Source: Anaerolineae bacterium (GTDB lineage Bacteria > Chloroflexota > Anaerolineae > JBHIDP01). Taken from it: 40,171 nucleotides of DNA. The stretch lies in assembly GCA_046760185.1 (NCBI GenBank), contig JBHIDP010000001.1:1-40171 (forward strand), written 5' to 3'. How positions within the stretch are numbered: the stretch's first letter is position 1; each line of letters opens with the position of its first letter. The notes under the pieces are model-generated. The model saw only the letters and a program-made list of their open reading frames with translations. It was not told the origin of the DNA and made no database searches. The position numbers were made by a program, and so were the translations under genes. This document shows positions 31,651 through 39,539 of this stretch, piece after piece.

Positions 31651-33015
31651 ATGAAGCGAGGATGGTTGGAGATGACCACAGGAGCCAGGGTGAGGAGAGT
31701 GAGACCTGATAGAACCCTGCGCCAATGGGTTCGCTTGTTTCTCCTTCACCTCTTCGCGGCCCTGACCGCTCCTCTGGTTCCAAGTTCCACCAACGCGCGG
31801 TCACGTGGCCTCTGGCTTCCCTGGCCTGACCGCCAGGACAGGCAGCCAGGGGAAGGTTCTCTCTTACGTGGGGGGATTCAAGCCTCCCACGTGACCGCGA
31901 CGTTGACTTCTGCGGTCCTCCATTCCATCCTTCTCATCCGTCCAGATCACCTGGGTGACCTTCTTTTCACCACCCCGGCGCTGAAGGTTTTGCGAGAAAC
32001 CTTTCCAGAAGCGCACATCACCTATCTGGTTGGTCCCTGGGGTGTGCCGGTTATGGCCAACAACCCCGACGTTGACCAAATCGCGGTCTGTCCCTTTCCC
32101 GGGTTCAGCAGAGGGGCGAAGAAGAGCTTCCTTGAACCCTACCTCCTCCTCTGGAAGCAGGCGAAGATTTTGAAAGAGAGGAGGTTTGATCTGGCCATCC
32201 TCCTCCGCTTTGACCATTGGTGGGGGGCCCTGCTGGCTTATCTCGCTGGCATCCCGGCCAGGGTCGGGTATGACGTTGCCGAAGTACGGCCTTTTTTGAC
32301 CAGGGCTGTGCCCTACACGTACGGCCACCATGAGGTGGAACAAAATCTTCGCCTGGTAGGGGCAATCGGTGGAGACAGGATAATTTATGCCGGTCAGCGG
32401 TTGAGCCGGGATGATCAGCTCCCATTTTCCCGATACAGGTTAGAATTCAACCCCTCAGCCGAGGACAGGGAGTTTGCTGCTGCCTATCTGGCTGAGCGAG
32501 GTATCGTGAGTGGGGACCCTCTCATTTGTATCCATCCGGGAGCTGGTGCTCCGGTCAAGTTATGGCGGAACGAGGCCTGGGCCCAGGTGGCTGACACTTT
32601 AGCTCAAAGGCGGGGGGTCAAAATCATCATCACCGGCGCCAGGGGAGAAGCGGAACTGGCTGGAGCGATAGCTGCTCAGATGAAGCTCCCCCCCATTGTG
32701 GCGGCCGGTGACACCAGTCTGGGCCAGTTAGCGGCTATCATGGCTCGTTCCCGTCTGGTGCTCGGCCCTGACTGTGGTCCGTTGCACCTGGCCGTGGCTA
32801 TGGGTGTGCCCACCGTGCACCTCTATGGGCCGGTGGACCATCAGGCCTTTGGCCCTTGGGGTGATCCATCGCGGCACCGTGTTCTCCTTTCCCGGTTGGA
32901 TTGCATCCCCTGCAATCGTTTGGACTACACTGCTGAGGAACTGGATGAACACCCCTGTGTGCGGTTGATCACGGTTGACCAGGTGCTGGCCGTGGCTCAG
33001 GAGCTGCTGAATTGA
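31651..33015 (+). CDS. Glycosyltransferase family 9 (heptosyltransferase-like)
   Basis: ILLIRPDHLGDLLFTTPALKVLRETFPEAHITYLVG and GPDCGPLHLAVAMGVPTVHLYGP are GT9 hallmarks. The first ~80 codons are Arg-rich and look non-coding. In-frame GTG 31891 is a plausible real start. Confidence 0.8.
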   Translation: MKRGWLEMTTGARVRRVRPDRTLRQWVRLFLLHLFAALTAPLVPSSTNARSRGLWLPWPDRQDRQPGEGSLLRGGIQASHVTATLTSAVLHSILLIRPDHLGDLLFTTPALKVLRETFPEAHITYLVGPWGVPVMANNPDVDQIAVCPFPGFSRGAKKSFLEPYLLLWKQAKILKERRFDLAILLRFDHWWGALLAYLAGIPARVGYDVAEVRPFLTRAVPYTYGHHEVEQNLRLVGAIGGDRIIYAGQRLSRDDQLPFSRYRLEFNPSAEDREFAAAYLAERGIVSGDPLICIHPGAGAPVKLWRNEAWAQVADTLAQRRGVKIIITGARGEAELAGAIAAQMKLPPIVAAGDTSLGQLAAIMARSRLVLGPDCGPLHLAVAMGVPTVHLYGPVDHQAFGPWGDPSRHRVLLSRLDCIPCNRLDYTAEELDEHPCVRLITVDQVLAVAQELLN

Positions 33016-33024
33016 GAAGCGCGT

Positions 33025-34875
33025 GTGCGTATTGACGCCAACCAATCAACGCAGGCGTTTGGCTTTTCCTTTAGGATGGGGTACAATAATAATGGGGAGG
33101 TGACAACTGTAGCCTCGGATCGTTTCGTTAACCCCTACATAGTGGGAAACCCTCTCAAAACCCCTGAGATGTTCTACGGGCGGGAGGATATCTTCCACCA
33201 CATCCAAGAGCACCTGGCTGGGCGCTACCAGGACAACCTGCTGGTGCTCTATGGCCAGAAGCGCACAGGCAAGACCTCGGTCCTTTACCAGATCATCAAT
33301 CGCCAGTTGCTGGGAGACCGATACGTCCCGGTGTACATCAACCTCCAAGGGCTGACCCAGCCGGGGATGAAGGGCCTGCTCCACGACTTGGCCACTGAGA
33401 TCTCCCACTCCGTTGACCTTCCTGACCCGGCCCGAGAGCAATTCAGCCCGGACCCCGGCGGCTTCTTCAAGCGAGATTTCTTGGACGGGGTCATCGAGGC
33501 CATCGGTGGTCGCTGTCTGCTGCTGATGGTGGACGAATACGAGGTGTTAGAGGACAAGGTGAAGGCCGGGAAGCTAGAAGAAGAGTTCTTCCCCTACCTC
33601 CGCTACCTGATGCAGGATCGGGAGAACCTGGGTTTCATCTTTGCCGGCTCCCGCAAGCTGGAGGAAATGGACCCTCGCCTCTGGTCCATCTTCCGTAACA
33701 CTCTCTACAGGAAGATCAGCTTCCTAGAGAAAGAGGAGACACGGCGGCTGATCACCGAACCGGTGGACGGGGTGATGACCTACGATTATGCAGCAGTGGA
33801 AGCGATCTACCAGGCCACCTTCGGCCACCCCTATTTCACCCAGCTCTACTGCCACCACCTGGTGAGCCGCTATTGGACGAAGGCAGGTCCGATCACTGTC
33901 GCAGACGTGGAAGCAGCTTCGTTGCTGGCCGAGACAATCGAGGCGTCTGAGCCTCAACTTCACGTGATGTGGGACGAGACCACGGATGAGGAGAAGGTCG
34001 TGCTGGCCGCCATGTCCATCGCCACCGCCAGGCAGCGGACGGCCCCTCCCTCTACCCTGGCCAACGTCCTGGCTCGCTACCGGGCGCGTATCGGCCAGCG
34101 GGACTTGAACCGGGCTCTGGGCGGCCTGGTCACTCGCGATGTTCTGTTAATCGAGGAAGGCTTCAACTATCGCTTTGCTGTAGATTTGTTCCAGCGATGG
34201 GTGGGACAAACGCAACGTCTGGAAAGTCTGCTGGAAGAGTTGGGGTTGGCGGCAGCTTATGAAGAGCAGGGGAAGCAGCAGGCGGCGTTGAGGGGCTATG
34301 AACAAGTATTGGCTGTGGACCCCAGTTGCGTCGAGGCCTTCAATGCCCTCGGCCATCTTCATTACCAACAAGAGGAACTGAACCGGGCATTGAAGGCCTA
34401 CCGGCAAGCACTGAAACTGGAACCGGACAATGCCGTCGCTGCCAGCGCTGCAATGGAACTGCATTACCAACTGGGCCTGCGATACTTCAAGGCCCGGCAA
34501 TGGCAGCAAGCCCTGGATCATTTCCGACAACTGGATGGTGCGCAAGCTGCCGCCTTCCCGGACGTAGCGTCTAAGATAGCCGAGGCTGAGCGGCGGTTGC
34601 GCCGACCTCCGGGTGAAGTACCGAGCGCACGACCGCGTTGGGCGGCTCTGACGATAGTAGCTGTTGGCTTCGTAGCGATGCTGATAGCCGTTCTCTTGCT
34701 GTCTGGATCAGAAAGCCCTACACCTACACCTGCCGTAACTCTCCCCCTGCCGGAAAAGCTCTTGGTGACCGCCTCAGTGAAGTACCGCATCAGCACTGAG
34801 GACACGGAGACGCAGAGGGTCTATGTGCGCGTGACCGATGAAGAGGAGCAGGCAGTGGAAGGTGCTCAGGTGTAG
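33025..34875 (+). CDS. STAND-like / Arch_ATPase-like P-loop NTPase fused to TPR repeats and one TM helix, ended by an in-frame TAG
   Basis: FYGREDIF helix, Walker A GQKRTGKTS (nt 33253) and Walker B LLLMVDEYE. TPR-like repeats span about aa 400-500. TM helix WAALTIVAVGFVAMLIAVLLL (nt 34639-34701), then a Pro/Thr linker. Start uncertain (33025, 33076 or 33100). Confidence 0.75.
   Translation: MRIDANQSTQAFGFSFRMGYNNNGEVTTVASDRFVNPYIVGNPLKTPEMFYGREDIFHHIQEHLAGRYQDNLLVLYGQKRTGKTSVLYQIINRQLLGDRYVPVYINLQGLTQPGMKGLLHDLATEISHSVDLPDPAREQFSPDPGGFFKRDFLDGVIEAIGGRCLLLMVDEYEVLEDKVKAGKLEEEFFPYLRYLMQDRENLGFIFAGSRKLEEMDPRLWSIFRNTLYRKISFLEKEETRRLITEPVDGVMTYDYAAVEAIYQATFGHPYFTQLYCHHLVSRYWTKAGPITVADVEAASLLAETIEASEPQLHVMWDETTDEEKVVLAAMSIATARQRTAPPSTLANVLARYRARIGQRDLNRALGGLVTRDVLLIEEGFNYRFAVDLFQRWVGQTQRLESLLEELGLAAAYEEQGKQQAALRGYEQVLAVDPSCVEAFNALGHLHYQQEELNRALKAYRQALKLEPDNAVAASAAMELHYQLGLRYFKARQWQQALDHFRQLDGAQAAAFPDVASKIAEAERRLRRPPGEVPSARPRWAALTIVAVGFVAMLIAVLLLSGSESPTPTPAVTLPLPEKLLVTASVKYRISTEDTETQRVYVRVTDEEEQAVEGAQV
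33059..33087 (+). promoter_or_regulatory. Candidate internal promoter for the NTPase pair
   Basis: TTGGCT (33059-33064), 17-bp spacer, TACAAT (33082-33087). In-frame GTG 33100 follows. This would make the annotated starts at 33025 and 33076 too long. Confidence 0.3.
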
Positions 34876-35061
34876 GTGGTGATTCATTTCTTTGGCGGGG
34901 ATCGCTCCCTTGGGCCAGTTTCCACCGACAGGAACGGCACAGCAATCTTTGACTTCCCAGTGAGCAGTTACACACGCGGTTATATTGTCATAATTGATGT
35001 CACAGCCGTGTACAATGGGTTGGCAGGGACAGCTCAAACCGCCTTCTTGGAGTGGTACTGA
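34876..35061 (+). pseudogene. In-frame continuation of the preceding ORF (rest of the beta-sandwich module), cut off by TAG 34873-34875
   Basis: Same reading frame as 33025-34875. These 61 codons are homologous to the C-terminus of the 15128-16189 protein. The paralogue has TGG (Trp, 16001-16003) where this copy has TAG. Confidence 0.7.
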
Positions 35062-35067
35062 ACCAGG

Positions 35068-36204
35068 ATGACCACTTGTTCGCAGTTGGGAAGCAACACG
35101 CTACGGCTTGTGGTGTTGCCCCAAGGGGCCTTTCGTTTCTACCCTCAATCACGGGTCGAGATCATGGGCGATCAGTGGAAGGCCGTAGCTTTTCTGGGAG
35201 GTGGGAGCAATCGTTTTGACCTCCTCCTCATCCAGGCAGATCCGGTAGCAGATTGGGTGCTGACCGAGGCACAGATAACAGGAACAGGCTTGACAGCTCT
35301 CCCTGACCCGGCCCACTTCCACGGCCGGCGGCGGGAGATCGAGCTGATCGCCAGCCGGCTGCAAGGTGTGGGCTTCGGCAGCAGTTCCGTGGTCGGCGAA
35401 CGGCGCATCGGTAAGACTTCACTCCTTCGCCACTTCCTGGTGCCGGAGGTGCAGCAGCGGTACGGCTTCGGCCCTGAGTTCACCTTTGTCTATCTGAGCT
35501 TTGGTGGGCTGAGCACCATCACCCCCGCCCAATTCTGGCAATGGGTACTGGAAGAATTGCTGCCGAAAGTCAAAGACGAAGCGTTGCGGTCTCAGATCAC
35601 GGCCTTTCAAGCGCAAGATGGGCCGGACTTCCTGGCCTTGCGCCGCCTTTTCGACGCCATCACCCGCAAGGGGCTTAAGGTCGTGTTGGTCTTCGACGAA
35701 TTTGAGGACGTTGTCCGCAACCCCAACTTCGACGCCGATTTCTACGGTGGCCTGCGCGATCTGGCCAGCCGCTACAACTTGACTCTGCTCACCTCCAGCC
35801 GCCGCCAGTTGATCGAGTACTCCCACTCTGAGGAGAGCAGCAGCTCTCCCTTCTTCAACATCTTCGCCAACATCGTGCTGAAGCCCTTCAGCCGGGGGGA
35901 GGCGCTGGAACTGATCGCAGAATACCTCGAAGAGACAGATGTGGTATTCAGCGACGAGGACAGAGAATACAACCGGGCCAGGTTTCCCGATTGGTTTGCC
36001 ACAGAGGTGGATCTCTTAGCCAGTTTCTCATCTGAACTGAGGAAGGATCGCGAGCCAAGCATGTACGGCGATGAGGTGTCAGGGATTACCCCTGACGAAC
36101 TCTACGGAGAAAGCCAAGCCGTCGAAGCCCTGGCGAAAGCAGAGCGAACCTTTGCAACCTGTGAGAGGTTGATCAACGAAATACGGTCTGAGGAAAGGGC
36201 CTGA
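35068..36204 (+). CDS. STAND-like / Arch_ATPase-like P-loop NTPase, paralogous core, with unrecognised N- and C-terminal regions
   Basis: 378 aa. FHGRRREIELI helix, Walker A GERRIGKTS (nt 35395), Walker B VVLVFDEFE, and NIFANIVLKPFSRGEALELI equivalent to the RKISFLEKEETRRLI segment of the upstream protein. Confidence 0.75.
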   Translation: MTTCSQLGSNTLRLVVLPQGAFRFYPQSRVEIMGDQWKAVAFLGGGSNRFDLLLIQADPVADWVLTEAQITGTGLTALPDPAHFHGRRREIELIASRLQGVGFGSSSVVGERRIGKTSLLRHFLVPEVQQRYGFGPEFTFVYLSFGGLSTITPAQFWQWVLEELLPKVKDEALRSQITAFQAQDGPDFLALRRLFDAITRKGLKVVLVFDEFEDVVRNPNFDADFYGGLRDLASRYNLTLLTSSRRQLIEYSHSEESSSSPFFNIFANIVLKPFSRGEALELIAEYLEETDVVFSDEDREYNRARFPDWFATEVDLLASFSSELRKDREPSMYGDEVSGITPDELYGESQAVEALAKAERTFATCERLINEIRSEERA

Positions 36205-36258
36205 TCAGAGGGGATTGAAGAGAAGGCGACAGCGGAAAAAACAGCGACCCTGGAGGAA

Positions 36259-37089
36259 ATGAAGAGCCTGCGCCATGACCATCTGGTGGGAGAGAAGCTG
36301 ATCATGACCCGATCCCAAACACATACCCTGACCCCCGACCAGATCGAGGAAGACCGACATTGGTGGTTTGCCAGCCGCACGCGAGCCTTGCTGGGAATGC
36401 TTGATCGCTGTGTTCCCGACGACGACCTGCGTATCCTGGATGTCGGCTGTGGGGCGGGCAACATGATCCATCACCTGAGCCGCTACGGAGAGGTCAAAGG
36501 GATCGAGATGGACCCTCGGCCCCTGGCCGTGGCGCGCCAGCGGGGGTACGATGCCCAACTGGCCGATGCCGCCAAGGAGATTCCTTTCGAGGAGGGCACA
36601 TTCGATCTGGTGGCTGTCCTGGATGTGATCGAGCACAACGAGGATGACCTGGGTATCTTGCGGGAGTGTCATCGGGTGCTGAAGCCGGGAAGGTTGGTGG
36701 TCATTACCGTGCCGGCCTTCCAGTGGCTGTGGAGCTACAACGACGTCATAAATGCCCACCTGCGTCGCTATACGGCCGGGGGGTTGGCAGCCAAGTTGAA
36801 GCAGGTTGGCTTTGGGGTCAGACGGATGACCTACAACAACTTCTTCGTCTTCCCCATGGCTATCGGTCTGATCCTTTCTCGCCGAGGGACCGGGCGCGAG
36901 CCTCAATTGGCTTCCCACCACCTTCAGCAGGATGAATATCAGGTGGAGATGGAGCCGGTTCCCCCGTTGGTAAACGCCGTCTTGAGCGGGGTTGGCTGGA
37001 TGGAGGCTAACCTTTTGAAGTGGGTGGATTTGCCCGTCGGTACCTCGATCATCTGCATTGGGGAGAAAAGGGCCATGGGACTTTTGTAG
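36259..37089 (+). CDS. Class I SAM-dependent methyltransferase
   Basis: SAM motif ILDVGCGAGNMIHHL, acidic loop GIEMD, and LKPGRLVVITVP. ATG 36304 (MTRSQ...) has better Shine-Dalgarno spacing than 36259. Confidence 0.85.
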   Translation: MKSLRHDHLVGEKLIMTRSQTHTLTPDQIEEDRHWWFASRTRALLGMLDRCVPDDDLRILDVGCGAGNMIHHLSRYGEVKGIEMDPRPLAVARQRGYDAQLADAAKEIPFEEGTFDLVAVLDVIEHNEDDLGILRECHRVLKPGRLVVITVPAFQWLWSYNDVINAHLRRYTAGGLAAKLKQVGFGVRRMTYNNFFVFPMAIGLILSRRGTGREPQLASHHLQQDEYQVEMEPVPPLVNAVLSGVGWMEANLLKWVDLPVGTSIICIGEKRAMGLL

Positions 37090-37150
37090 TGGAATCTGGA
37101 GTGAGTGAGGGTGATGGACCCCTCATGTGCGAAGGAAAGGTGGTGAGGAG

Positions 37151-37393
37151 ATGCCAGAGGAGAAAGTAGAACTGACCTGGGACGAGCACTTTGCCAAAGG
37201 CATGGCCGGTCTATGGAAAGAAATGATGGCGGCCGGTGAGCAATTTTTGCCGCCTGAGGAGTTTCGGCGGCATTGCCGGGCCGCTGGCAAAGAGGCGCTT
37301 TTGGCAGTGCGCAGCCTCTTCGACACGGCCATTGAGCGGTTAGAAGAGGAGAAGCCCGCAAAGAAGAAAGCGACGAAGATCAAGGTAGAGTAG
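37151..37393 (+). CDS. Small hypothetical protein (charged, helical)
   Basis: 80 aa from ATG 37151 (the track ORF starts at 37127). AGGTGG Shine-Dalgarno, and a hairpin terminator follows. Confidence 0.45.
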   Translation: MPEEKVELTWDEHFAKGMAGLWKEMMAAGEQFLPPEEFRRHCRAAGKEALLAVRSLFDTAIERLEEEKPAKKKATKIKVE

Positions 37394-37420
37394 GGGGAGA
37401 ATAAGCTCACCTACAACAGT

Positions 37421-37470
37421 GCCCCGCTCCAGGCGTTGACTCAGCTCAACGGCAGGGAGTGGGGCATTTT
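37421..37470. terminator. Hairpin shared by convergent genes
   Basis: Stem gccccgctcc (37421-37430) with ggagtggggc (37456-37465), one G-U pair. Inner stem gttga/tcaac. Followed by atttt. Confidence 0.6.
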
Positions 37471-38636
37471 CAATCGGAGAGCCAGAGGTTGAGGTTCCTG
37501 ACAAAGTCGGCCAGGGTGTCCTTGCCGCGCACGCGGATGCGCTGTAACTCGAAGGGTCTGAGGGACGATTGGCGGGTGCCTTGCCTCACCGTGACCGCAC
37601 CCCAATAGTGCGCTGAGTGCAGGACCCTCATCACGCGCTGGTCGTACTTGCCCGATGGATAGCTGAAGAACCGCACTGGCTGGCCGGTGCGAGCCTCTAA
37701 GGCCTCCTTGGCTCCTAGAACCTGCCAGACGATGTAGCTGGTAGGCCTCCCACGCAGGTCTGGGTGGGTGTGACCATGGGCCTCCATCTCCATCCCCTCC
37801 GCGCTCATGACCTCGATCTCCTCCCAGGAGAGGTATTCCTGCTGACCTATAAACCCGGTAACGATAAAGAAAGTGCCCACGAAGCCATACCGTTTGAGGA
37901 GGGGATAGGCGTTGGTGTATTGGTCCTTGTAGCCGTCGTCGAAGGTGAGGATGATCGGTTTGGAAGGCAGAGGAGCGCCCAAATTCAAGTGAGCTATCAG
38001 ATCTCGCAGGAGGATAGGGTGGTAGCCAGCGCGTACCAGGTAACGGAGTTGGGCCTCGAAGGCAACAGGGGTGACTGACAGGTCACGGCGGATGGCACCA
38101 GCCCTTGGTGGAGGGGCGGCGATATGGTGGTACATGAGGATCGGCACCCGAACCTCTCGCACAACCCCATCGGGGGTCGGTTGCAGTACAGGGGTGGCTG
38201 TCGGTCGTGGGGTGTAGGTGGAGGTAGGGCTGGGGGAAGGGGTTGGTGTCGGTAAAGGGGTCGAGGTGGGGGTAGATGTTGGCCTGGAAGGCACTGATTG
38301 GGTGACGGCCGGGGTGGAGGTCGGCCTGGGGGAAGGGGTGAAAAGAGGGGTTGGAGTCCAGGTCGTGGTTGGAGTGAAAGTCGGCTTTGTCAGGCCAGGG
38401 GTTGCCTGGGTTGCAGCCTGTCTGTCTGGGAGGGGAGCGTGGGGGTCCAGGCTAGGTGCAAGGGATAAAGGTCCCGCTGGCCGGGAATGTTTGAGGTCGG
38501 GCTCTCGGGCTGAGACAACCTCGGGTGTAGCGCTTTCTCCTGAGGCAAATATGAGGCCACCGGTGACGACTACTACCAGGGATAACAGTGACACCCGCAG
38601 TGCAATGTTGGATCTGTCAAGGATAGGGACTCTCAA
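37470..38636 (-). CDS. Polysaccharide deacetylase (CE4 / NodB homology domain) with a TM anchor and Pro/Thr linker
   Basis: ILTFDDGYKDQY (Asp-Asp metal/catalytic motif) and MEAHGHTHPDL (His-His). N-terminal TM helix LLSLVVVVTGGLIF. TTG start overlaps the NUDIX stop as TTGA. Confidence 0.85.
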   Translation of the reverse strand: MRVPILDRSNIALRVSLLSLVVVVTGGLIFASGESATPEVVSAREPDLKHSRPAGPLSLAPSLDPHAPLPDRQAATQATPGLTKPTFTPTTTWTPTPLFTPSPRPTSTPAVTQSVPSRPTSTPTSTPLPTPTPSPSPTSTYTPRPTATPVLQPTPDGVVREVRVPILMYHHIAAPPPRAGAIRRDLSVTPVAFEAQLRYLVRAGYHPILLRDLIAHLNLGAPLPSKPIILTFDDGYKDQYTNAYPLLKRYGFVGTFFIVTGFIGQQEYLSWEEIEVMSAEGMEMEAHGHTHPDLRGRPTSYIVWQVLGAKEALEARTGQPVRFFSYPSGKYDQRVMRVLHSAHYWGAVTVRQGTRQSSLRPFELQRIRVRGKDTLADFVRNLNLWLSD

Positions 38637-39199
38637 GCCTCTCTCCTAGAGCGAAGTCGAAGGTTGTTGGCTTGTTTTTGGCTCCAAATGGAGAGCAAGC
38701 CGACTATACTCTTGCCATCACGTATCTCCCCGACTTTGATCATCGAGACCGCCTGGGCCAGGGGCACCTTAACTACCCTGATCACTTCATCCTCTTCGGC
38801 CTCCGCTTTCCCTGGCCTCAGGTCTGTCACCAGGTAGACCTGTATCTTCTCGGTGCAGTATCCGGGACTGGGATAGAAATCAACGAGGGGGCGCAAGGTT
38901 CCACCCTCATATCCGGTCTCCTCCCGCAGCTCGCGCTGCGCACAGGCTTCTGCCTCCTCACCCGGCTCTCTGGTGCCGGCCGGGATCTCCCACAACTCCC
39001 CTTCTACCGCTTTACGGAACTGACGCACCAGCACTACGTTTTCCTCGTCGTCCAAGGCCACCATACCCACTGCGCCCGGGTGTTCCACGATCTCGCGCTC
39101 TATCAGACGGCCCTTTGACAGGCGAACGGTGTCAATCCGCAAATTCAGCAACCGGCCTCGAAAGGGGTATTCCGTTGAGACAGTCTCCTCCATAACCAA
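38633..39199 (-). CDS. NUDIX hydrolase (ADP-ribose pyrophosphatase-like)
   Basis: Nudix box GTREPGEEAEACAQRELREETGY. ATG 39193 is an alternative to TTG 39199. Confidence 0.85.
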   Translation of the reverse strand: MVMEETVSTEYPFRGRLLNLRIDTVRLSKGRLIEREIVEHPGAVGMVALDDEENVVLVRQFRKAVEGELWEIPAGTREPGEEAEACAQRELREETGYEGGTLRPLVDFYPSPGYCTEKIQVYLVTDLRPGKAEAEEDEVIRVVKVPLAQAVSMIKVGEIRDGKSIVGLLSIWSQKQANNLRLRSRREA

Positions 39200-39223
39200 T
39201 CAGTCTCTCATAGGGCTTCTGAG

Positions 39224-39429
39224 CAAATGAAAATGCTGCGGTCGAAACAAGTTGGAGTCGAGGCTTCAGCCGGTTTTATCCGCCTGAAGGCTCCACTCCT
39301 CCACAGATTTTAGCCAGACGCAAATGAAAATGCTGCGGTCGAAACAAGTTGGAGTCGAGGCTTCAGCCGGTTTTATCCGCCTGAAGGCTCCACTCCTCCA
39401 CAGATTTTAGCCAGACACAAATGAAAATG
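39224..39429 (+). repeat. Tandem direct repeat: 2.1 copies of a 97-bp hairpin-containing unit
   Basis: Units start at 39224, 39321 and 39418 (the last is partial). Copies 1 and 2 are identical except at the final base. Each holds a 16-nt-arm hairpin, ggagtcgaggcttcag...ctgaaggctccactcc, with 14 of 16 positions paired. Confidence 0.9.
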
Positions 39430-39539
39430 GCCAGCGTAGATCCCTGACCTTGGCGTTGCCTAGATGGCTGGGCTGGTCAGGGACTGGAGCTAGCCGAAGA
39501 ACTGTTGGGTGTTTTTCACCAGTGAACAGTCAGACACCG

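Noticed and set aside
34873-34875. In-frame TAG as pyrrolysine or genome-wide stop-codon reassignment
   Set aside because: TAG is the terminal stop of several well-supported genes here (mvaD, nuoI, lpdA, fdxA, the PEGA lipoprotein). The paralogous codon is TGG, so a point mutation or sequencing error suffices.
34718-35072. Template/variable repeat pair of a diversity-generating retroelement (two diverged copies of a C-terminal module)
   Set aside because: Differences between the copies are not confined to adenine positions; they include C/T and G/C changes, an indel and many synonymous changes. No reverse transcriptase gene is present. This is ordinary paralogue divergence.
39224-39429. Possible CRISPR array, because of repeated units in an intergenic region
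   Set aside because: There are only 2.1 directly abutting copies of a 97-bp unit with no spacers between them. The unit is far longer than CRISPR repeats, and no cas genes are in the window.
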